Part shown: positions 57,501 through 64,000 of the stretch, piece after piece | Layout of the letters: the number at the start of each line of letters is the position of its first letter | How positions within the stretch are numbered: position 1 is the stretch's first letter | Origin: Caldisericia bacterium | GTDB taxonomy: Bacteria; Caldisericota; Caldisericia; UBA6126 | Direction of reading: 5' to 3' | Assembly: GCA_035363255.1 (NCBI GenBank) | Contig: DAOSES010000005.1 | Span: 5,436-69,435 of the forward strand | DNA length: 64,000 nucleotides | Notes under the pieces: model-generated | The model's database searches: none | Told to the model about the DNA's origin: nothing | The model's input: the letters and a program-made list of their open reading frames with translations, nothing else | Position numbers and translations under genes: made by a program

Positions 57501-57986
57501 CCCCGAAAAAAGAATGGAACTAGCAATGGCAACACCGTTGTAATCGTCACTGTCGCTGATATGACTTCTTCCATGGAATTTGTGGCTTTTGGCAAAACAG
57601 CCGAAAACTTGCTCCAATGCAAAGACCAGGAAACCGCAGTTTTGCTCAGTATTCGAATACGTAAAGAGGAAGATCGGGTTCGAGCCAGTTTGGCAGATAT
57701 CAAACGTATGATCACACGCGAAGAAATGATCCGCGAACAAAGTGCTCATTGGAGGCTTGAGCTCTGCCTTGATTTGGATGTTCTCAGCTCTGAGCATCTG
57801 TCGCAAATTAGACAGTGCCTCCAGAAATATGCTGGCACCAACAGCATACAACTCATGATGAAAAAGTCCCCCTGGTTGATACGAGCAGGCACCTCATTGC
57901 AAGTGGAAAAAAGTCAACAACTCCTGCTGGAGCTTGAAGCGCTGACTGGTAGCCAGCTGATCGGATGGAAACGTTGCTTAAACTGA
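54576..57986 (+). CDS. dnaE: DNA polymerase III alpha subunit
   Basis: PHP domain (HLHTHSEFSLLDG), polymerase core, OB fold. 1136 aa. Confidence 0.95.
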   Translation: MSMVHLHTHSEFSLLDGLNRIERMVCAVRDLGQHSLALTDHGVMYGVIDFYKTCLAHKIKPIIGCELYFTDKSRHQKESREDAVNYHLILLAKNYQGYQNLCKLVSLAHIEGFYYKPRLDWELLEQHHEGLVAMSACIKGHVPYLLLSDRPEEARQVAMRYQALFNDDYYLEVQNHGLPEELKVNPLLAELGKELNIPLVATQDAHYPCRSDAYAHDLLLCVQTLSDYDDPQRIRFSNDEFYIKSQAEMQELFKEYPEAVSNTELIAEKCNIEFDFDQYHLPVYQNENVKTVEERKAYLQELCYAALPKRYGSDPSSEVLERLEYELKIINDMHFVDYFLVVQDFVNEAKRRNIYVGPGRGSAAGSIVSYLLNITGIDPLQYKLYFERFLNPARISMPDIDIDFEDERRDEVIAYVREKYGAYKVAQVATFGKMEARGVIRDVARAFKYDQSWVNRLSKTIPFGRSLEEAYTLSPEFKQIIDENEDNRRLYDTARDIEGQTRNFSVHAAGVVIGDTELWNYVPLQLDKNKHLVVQYDKDTVEKMGLLKIDFLGLRNLTVIRECIQLINEQHQKVIDVEKIPLNDPEVFQLYKKAATKGVFQVESRGMRQIFKELDPSDIEDVIAVIALYRPGPMEFIKTFIRNKAHPEEIVYEHPVLEPILKNTYGICVYQEQVMSIAQVMGGFSLGEADLLRKAMGKKKKEIMEELKGDFLQRSQAQGYTPEVAKSIFEKLEFFAGYGFNRAHAAAYGLISYQTAWFKVRYPVEYMTALLNSVKDDEKKLSEYIAECYQMKIEVLPPDINQSQIHFTIENNKIRFALLAIKNAGKIALELIIENRQQQGPFRHYTDFAKRMSSGKVNKKVIESLIKAGAFDVFEADRTFLLQHIDGNCEPEVSLFGALEPSPSPLEKKPVKIDYHQHMHYEKEALGFYFSMHPFAPYLETYPDFACPPIEELQEEIPEQEILVEVFGLIESIRQPRKKNGTSNGNTVVIVTVADMTSSMEFVAFGKTAENLLQCKDQETAVLLSIRIRKEEDRVRASLADIKRMITREEMIREQSAHWRLELCLDLDVLSSEHLSQIRQCLQKYAGTNSIQLMMKKSPWLIRAGTSLQVEKSQQLLLELEALTGSQLIGWKRCLN

Positions 57987-59761
57987 TTCGTTCGGTCCGT
58001 TTCCAGGTAGTCATGTTTACCAGTTTGCTGGTTATTTTGGGCAATGGTTTTCTGGCAGTCTTTATTGTTCGACAATACACTGAAAGTCTGGTCAGAGAAA
58101 AATACGAAAAGCTTGGTCAACATGCCAGATACCTGGCTCAGGTTTATCTCATCATCGACAACAATACCCAAAACAATGCCCGTACTCAGTTCAATGCCCA
58201 AAATCCTGGTCCTGATTTTCGTAGCTACGAAGACATCTATGCCCAACAGCGCCGAGAATGGCTTGAAAGCCCCTTAAAAGACCATACTGGTGGCTTGATG
58301 GAATACTCCGAAGAATTGGGTGCAGGCTTTTACTTCAGCGATCTTAAGCGAATTATGGCTTTTCAAGTCGATCCTCGTTTTATTGAGTATGATCGTCTGG
58401 TATATGCGGTGCCTGTCGAGCCTGAAGGGTCCTTTGTTTGGGTGGAAGAGTCCTATCACAACATCAATATTCAATTTAAAGCCCTCAATCAGAGAGCTTT
58501 CCAAATCACTTTTCTTATCATCCTTATCACTTTGTTTCTTGCTGGCCTATTCACCTGGTCCTTTTCAGTGCGAATGAAAAAAATTCTCACTACGCTTTCA
58601 CTGCTACAAAAAGATTTGCATGCTCCAGTCCCCTTTCTGAGCGGAGAATTCGGGCATATCTCAGAAGGGATCCGCTCCCTTGCCGAAGCTTTGATACGCA
58701 CACGATCTCGTTCCGAGCTCATTTTACGTAGCGCAAAAACGGGTATGATTGCCTTTGATCTTGATTTAAACATCGTGATGATCAATGAAGCCGCAGAGCA
58801 GTACCTGGAATGTAATGGAAACACTCTCGGCAATCTTGAAGTGCTCGATCGTCTTGGGCATCTGATAAGCACCACCATACAACAAGCCTTTGAAAGTGGA
58901 AATACCTATTCCTTCGATGGTATGCGCAAGGTAGTCGAATCCAAAGAAAAATATTTCAATATGACCATTATCCCCAACCAGGGAGATTCTGATGTAAAAA
59001 TGGTACTGGTTACCCTTGAAGATGTGAGTGAAAATGTCAAACTCATCAAAGAAGCTGAGAAAAACGAATCTCTTAAAATGCTTGGACTTTTTACCACCGG
59101 AGTTGCTCATGAAATCCGCAATCCACTTACCTCTATTAAGGGTTTTATCCAACTTTTAAACAAAAAAATGCAGGATCAAACTGATAATGCACGTTTGCTT
59201 CATTTGGTACTCCGAGAAATAGAACGTCTCGAAAACCTGATCAAAGACCTTATCACCTATGCCAGGCCCTCCAAGCCAAACTTTGAGTGGGTTCCGGCTG
59301 GCCCTTTGCTTGATACTATCGTGCAAGTTCTTGCTCCTCGCATCAGTCAGAAAAAAGCTGAAGTTTTACAGCTCGAACTGGACGAGTTGGAGCTTTTTAT
59401 CGATCGCCGGCAAATGTATCAGGTTTTCTTCAATCTCATACTCAATGCTATTCAAGCTGTTCCCTCCGAGAATGGGATCATCAAACTCCGAGCTGAAAAA
59501 CAGGAGCATTATGTCGATTTGATCGTGGAAGATAACGGTCGAGGTATAGAGAAAAGTGATTTTGGTAAAATCTTTACCCCCTTTTACACCACCAAAGATA
59601 AGGGTACAGGACTTGGTTTGGCTATCTCAAGGCGCATGATAGACGACCATGAAGGTAAGATTCTTTTTGATAGTATAGCAGGTGAGGGAACCATTTTCCG
59701 TGTTCGTTTATTCAAATATCGAATACGCAAATCAAACGATTTACAAGCACTTTCTGCCTGA
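57965..59761 (+). CDS. two-component sensor histidine kinase (2 TM, PAS, HisKA, HATPase_c)
   Basis: TM helices near aa 10-35 and 190-210. H-box GVAHEIRNPLTSIKGF. N/G boxes (LILNAIQAV, DNGRGI, GTGLGLAIS). 22-nt overlap with dnaE. Confidence 0.85.
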   Translation: METLLKLIRSVRFQVVMFTSLLVILGNGFLAVFIVRQYTESLVREKYEKLGQHARYLAQVYLIIDNNTQNNARTQFNAQNPGPDFRSYEDIYAQQRREWLESPLKDHTGGLMEYSEELGAGFYFSDLKRIMAFQVDPRFIEYDRLVYAVPVEPEGSFVWVEESYHNINIQFKALNQRAFQITFLIILITLFLAGLFTWSFSVRMKKILTTLSLLQKDLHAPVPFLSGEFGHISEGIRSLAEALIRTRSRSELILRSAKTGMIAFDLDLNIVMINEAAEQYLECNGNTLGNLEVLDRLGHLISTTIQQAFESGNTYSFDGMRKVVESKEKYFNMTIIPNQGDSDVKMVLVTLEDVSENVKLIKEAEKNESLKMLGLFTTGVAHEIRNPLTSIKGFIQLLNKKMQDQTDNARLLHLVLREIERLENLIKDLITYARPSKPNFEWVPAGPLLDTIVQVLAPRISQKKAEVLQLELDELELFIDRRQMYQVFFNLILNAIQAVPSENGIIKLRAEKQEHYVDLIVEDNGRGIEKSDFGKIFTPFYTTKDKGTGLGLAISRRMIDDHEGKILFDSIAGEGTIFRVRLFKYRIRKSNDLQALSA

Positions 59762-59779
59762 TTTAGTTATAATAGTAGC

Positions 59780-61087
59780 ATGGCAAAATATACGATATTA
59801 GTTGCAGACGATGAAGAAGGTGTGAGAGAGCTATTCAAAGAGATAGCTCTCGAAGAAGGTTTTAGGGTGTTGCTTGCCAAAGATGGCATTGAAGCAGTTC
59901 AAAAAGCAAGATCCGAAATCCCCGATGTTATTATTCTCGATATACGCATGCCCGATATGGATGGTATGGAAGCTTTTCGACGCATCAAAGAAAGTTTGAT
60001 GAATGTTCCCGTGATTTTTATTACTGCCTTCGGAACCTCCGACTTAGCGATAGAAGCAATGAAAAATGGGGCCTACAACTATCTCACCAAACCTTTTGAC
60101 ATCGATGAAATACGCATCGTCATTCGCAGGGCAATCCAACTCCGTCAACTCACCAACGAAGTCGCGGTGCTCCGTTCTGGTGGAAGCAATATCACTGCCG
60201 ACCAGGATGAGCTTCATGGTCATTCCCCCGTAATGCAAGAAATCTACAAGTCGATCGGACGCATTGCCGACAACGATGCAGCTGTTTTGCTGATTGGCGA
60301 AAATGGCACTGGCAAAGAGCTTATTGCCCGTAAAATTCACGAAAATTCCAATCGAAAGCTTTTGCCATTCGTCCTGATCAATTGTTGTCAGGAGCCTGCC
60401 ATTCTTGCCAACGAGCTCAAACTTATTCCGAGTTCTGAGTGTTCCGTTTTTTTTAGAAACATCGAAAAACTCCCCTCTTCCTCCCAACACTTGCTCATGG
60501 AAATTCTAAACCAAAAACCCAAATGGCGTATTATGTCGTCCAGTACTACCGATTTATCCCAAGAAGCTTCCTCTTCTCTATTTCGTGAAGACTTGTATTA
60601 TCTCATCAAGGTGGTACCCATCCAAATCTCGCCTCTGCGAGACCATATCGAAGATCTGGAAGACCTTGCTCTCTACTTTATGAAACGCTTCTGTATCCGT
60701 TACGGAAAAATTATCAACGGTTTTACTGCCGAAGCCCTCAAAGTCCTTCAAGGGCATCACTGGCCCGGAAATATGGATGAACTGGAAAATGCCGTAGCCC
60801 ATGCAGTTATAGTAGCAACTGGCACTCTGATTACAGCAGATGATTTGCCTGTTTCTCTTCGCGAAACACGCCATCCTACCATCAGTTCTCAAAAAAAACT
60901 ATTGCATGGTTTAAGTCTTCACGCCGCAGTAAAACAATTTGAAAAACAACTTATCCTTGACGCCCTCCAACAAGCTGGCGGTAGCAAGACCAAATCCGCT
61001 GAATTATTGGGCATTTCAAGGCGATCCCTCTTCAACAAAATGAAAGAATTTCAACTGCTCAAAGAAAACGAAACTGAACCAAATTGA
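59780..61087 (+). CDS. NtrC-family response regulator with degenerate sigma-54 activator domain (REC + AAA+ lacking GAFTGA/Walker B, + Fis-type HTH)
   Basis: REC domain (LVADDEEGVRE...DIRMPDMDG) and Walker A GENGTGKE. The segment where ESELFGHEKGAFTGA...LFLDEIGE would sit is shortened to ...LKLIPSSECSVFFRNIEKLP. C-terminal HTH KSAELLGISRRSLFNKMKE. Confidence 0.8.
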   Translation: MAKYTILVADDEEGVRELFKEIALEEGFRVLLAKDGIEAVQKARSEIPDVIILDIRMPDMDGMEAFRRIKESLMNVPVIFITAFGTSDLAIEAMKNGAYNYLTKPFDIDEIRIVIRRAIQLRQLTNEVAVLRSGGSNITADQDELHGHSPVMQEIYKSIGRIADNDAAVLLIGENGTGKELIARKIHENSNRKLLPFVLINCCQEPAILANELKLIPSSECSVFFRNIEKLPSSSQHLLMEILNQKPKWRIMSSSTTDLSQEASSSLFREDLYYLIKVVPIQISPLRDHIEDLEDLALYFMKRFCIRYGKIINGFTAEALKVLQGHHWPGNMDELENAVAHAVIVATGTLITADDLPVSLRETRHPTISSQKKLLHGLSLHAAVKQFEKQLILDALQQAGGSKTKSAELLGISRRSLFNKMKEFQLLKENETEPN

Positions 61088-61245
61088 GCTAAAACTCTAT
61101 TTTTTTTATAAAAAAATTAAGAAAAAGCTTGTTTTTTCTTGATTTTTTTGTAAACATTGCTTAAATTGAGGATAAATGAATGAATTGTATTGTTTTAACC
61201 TCGCAAGAAGCAAGCGATGCTTTAAATTAAAAGGGGGAAAAAGAA

Positions 61246-64000
61246 TGAATAATCGTAGATGGAGATTTTTAAGCATCTTCATAACTACCGCTTTAATGTT
61301 TAGCTCTTTAGCTGGCATCAACCTTCACACTGCCCGTGCAGATGTTCAAAACACCCAGGTTACACCCTATCCCAGAGAAGCCGGCAAAAATGCTTCTTAT
61401 CGTGTTGGCACCAACATCAATGCCGCATTAAACGCCGGCACTGATTCCATTTCAGTCATCTTCCCAAAAGAAAATCGTATCGAATCCATGATCTCAAGTG
61501 CCAACATTTCCGTCAATCCCAAGCGATTGAACCGAGCTGACTTCGAACTTGACTATACCCGTGGCACCATCAACCTCCTCGCCCCCCTCCAAAAGGGCGA
61601 TCGGGTGACTGCCAGCTATCGCTACGATCCGGGTGTAGCCTATACCGGGCTTCCCCGCAGTGTCAAATTTTACGATCACACTTTCGCACCCGGAGATATT
61701 CGTCGTGGAAACGGTGTTTTAGACCCAGGCGAATGGATCTACGAAGATCGCACCAACAACAACAAACTCGCCGTGGGCGACCGACGCCTTTGCGTGGTTG
61801 TAGCTCCTGGTAATGTTTACCGAGCTGGTTCACTGGTTCAAATCGGTGATGCCGATCTCGTAGCTGCCGGTGGAAACGAGCTTGGTCCTCTTACCAACTA
61901 TCCTGTCTCCAACTTGAAATTTGTCGATGTGGACGACAATGGTATCTACTCCGAAAACGACTGGCTTATCGACGATCGCGACAACAACGACCTTCTCAGC
62001 GCTGGCGACCGAGTCATCACCGGCTACCTCTGGTATGTTGCCGGTATGGTTGTCAATCAAACCGACCTCGACCGTTTCAATCCCACCAACCTTGCCGCCC
62101 AGATTGGAGCTAGCTTCGCTCCCTTGGCTGGCACTCTCCGTCACGCCGAAAATGTCAACAAAAACAACCAATACGACGATGGCGAATATATCTACAACGA
62201 TGCTGATGCCAACAATCGCGTCAGTGCTGGCGATACCCGTTTTACCTGGGTGTATTCCAACACCGTGGTATATCCCAGACTCAGCATTGTACTCGCCGCC
62301 GACAAAGATGTAGGCACCACCCTCGTTGCTTTCATCAACAATGCCCCCACCCGCCAAGAAACCACCTACAACCCCGGTATCTTCCCTCTCAACTACTTCA
62401 AAACCATCTACTCCCATGTTGGCGCCGCCGCTGCTCTTGTTGAGCCCGGCAATCTCCGCCTTTCTCCTGCCCAACGAGCTGTATTCAATCCTTTGGTAGG
62501 CAATGTTGCTGCCAACGACCCGGATGCAGGTCAAACCCTTTTCCAGTTCAACACCAACGAAAAATACGCTGGCTTCAATCCTTTAGCCTATTCCCAAGAC
62601 GATCCCATCTACCGCGATTTAGACAATACCGCAACCGTCACGGAAGGCGACCTTCGCCTCACCGATTTCAGCGTTTGGGTGGATAGCACCCGTATCCTCT
62701 ATACCGCTGGATCCACTGTTCGCAAAGGCGAATACGATCTTGGTCTCGTTCTCAGCGATCTGGATGTTTTACCCATAAAACACACCGAAATTGGTGTTCC
62801 CAACGCTCAGTTCGATCCAGGAGAACTTATTTATGATGATGTCGATGCCAACAATCGCGTTAGCGCAGGCGATGTTCGATACGATTTTAATGGTATCCAA
62901 TCCGCCAATATCACTGTCCCTGCGGCTTATCCCGATGCTGGTCTTACCCTAACCCGAGGATGGACCGATATCACCAACGAAGTCCTCATTTCCTATGCCA
63001 ACGGTGGCGAACGTCAGCTCCAACTTAACAACAAACCCGTGGTACGCCCCGTAGTCCCTATCTCCAACGACGTCAACCATCGTCTCACTCCTCTCACCAT
63101 TCCTGGCGGAGATATGCGTGGCAAAGGCAAATTCTATTATGTTATTACTGCCGTCAGCGATATCGTTGGCGAATCCGATACCTGGGAAGAACGCATGGTG
63201 GATTTCATTTCCGGTTCTACCACCAATGCTGTCAAAATTGAATGGTCTCCTGTTCCCAATGCCAGCAAATACCGCATATATCGAACTCCCAACCAAGGCA
63301 CCTACGAAGAAACCTCCCTGATAGCCCAGGTTATGGCTCCCATCACCCACTACATCGACCTCGGTGGCGAAGCCCTCAATGGCATGCCTCCTTCCATCTA
63401 CTCCTCTTCCTTCACCGTCCTCACCCTCAATCGTACCGATCCCGTCACCGGCACCAGCTCCGATCGTCGTCTGGTGGAGTTTGATCTCTCCGACTACAAA
63501 CTCGATCTCGCTTCCGGTAACATCACCTTCCGCCGTCCTCTCAAATCTCTCGATACCATCGTTGCAGACTACGATCGAGGCATCAAAGTCACCAACGAAA
63601 GCGTCATGTTCCAAGCCATCCAAGGTCGCGGAAAGCTCCGTCATGGCGAAGTTCTCGACCCCAATATCTATGGCGAAGAACTCTATCCTGTCAAGCTTCA
63701 TCGTATCTCTGCCGCCAATCCAAACGATCCTACCCTTCTGGTGCGCGGAGTTGACTACGAATTCGAAGATGAAAACCGCAACAAAATCGAAGGACTCAAA
63801 AAAGGTGAAATCACCTTCTTCATCCAACTCCTTCAAACCGATATTGTACGAGCCGAATACACCCATCGCCGTCAGGTTCGTGGCGATATGATCAAAGTTG
63901 CCACCGGCAACGAGACCACCGTCCGTACCTCCGAAGGCAACATCATCGCTCATACTGACATTATTATGAAGGGTCGCACCCTTTCCTCTGCTCCTGTCAT
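61246..64000 (+). CDS. partial (3'-truncated by window end) secreted repeat protein with four EF-hand/dockerin-like 12-residue Ca-binding loops
   Basis: Not in the ORF track because no stop falls in the window. RBS AAGGGGG precedes ATG 61246. Signal peptide MNNRRWRFLSIFITTALMFSSLAGINLHTARA. The open frame runs 918+ codons to nt 64000. Repeats GEWIYEDRTNNNKLAVGDRRL, NDWLIDDRDNNDLLSAGDRVI, GEYIYNDADANNRVSAGDTRF, GELIYDDVDANNRVSAGDVRY. Confidence 0.8.

Noticed and set aside
61830-63953. Minus-strand ORFs 61830..62534 and 62949..63953 (Gly/Asp/Val-rich translations)
   Set aside because: They lie antisense to the far more convincing + strand gene at 61246, which has an RBS, a signal peptide and ordered repeats. 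Their low-complexity G/D/V-rich translations are typical of antisense reading of a coding strand.
1-64000. CRISPR arrays, transposases/integrases, and prophage or defence-system signatures
   Set aside because: No short regularly spaced direct repeats, recombinase motifs or defence gene cassettes were found in either strand. The tRNA-Pro pair has no adjacent integrase.

Overview
Bacterial chromosomal window, roughly mid-GC, with Firmicutes/Clostridia-like gene content and order (no composition statistics computed). Two parts. (A) nt 1-29,850: a co-directional, largely translationally coupled island. It encodes an ECF sigma factor and a giant anti-sigma factor; four secreted multi-module surface proteins (545 aa, about 1158 aa, about 3576 aa and 2533 aa); a membrane GT2 glycosyltransferase; and a DUF4143 AAA ATPase. 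The surface proteins are built from an unrecognised ~135-aa tandem module (signature G[IL]xNPxxxGxY), Big_2 Ig domains and a shared C-terminal cassette ending in two copper-amine-oxidase-N-like (Cu_amine_oxidN1) wall-binding domains. The island is flanked by genes with dockerin/EF-hand-like Ca-binding loops. This is the candidate novel system: an S-layer, surface-fibre or scaffoldin-like apparatus with its own envelope-stress regulator. (B) nt 29,850-61,100: conserved housekeeping core. It holds trxA-rimP-nusA-infB-DUF503-rbfA-nrnA-truB-ribF; ftsH-hpt-tilS-tRNA(CAT); ftsB-like, ruvA, ruvC, yebC, pdxT/pdxS, cca, a radical-SAM protein and a cyclodeaminase-like protein; der-gpsA; two tandem tRNA-Pro; thrS-infC(ATT start)-rpmI-rplT; glmM; dnaE; and a sensor kinase paired with a degenerate NtrC-like regulator. 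The window ends with an uncalled partial gene (61,246 to end, + strand) for a secreted protein with four repeated 12-residue Ca-binding-type loops. No CRISPR array, transposase or integrase was seen.
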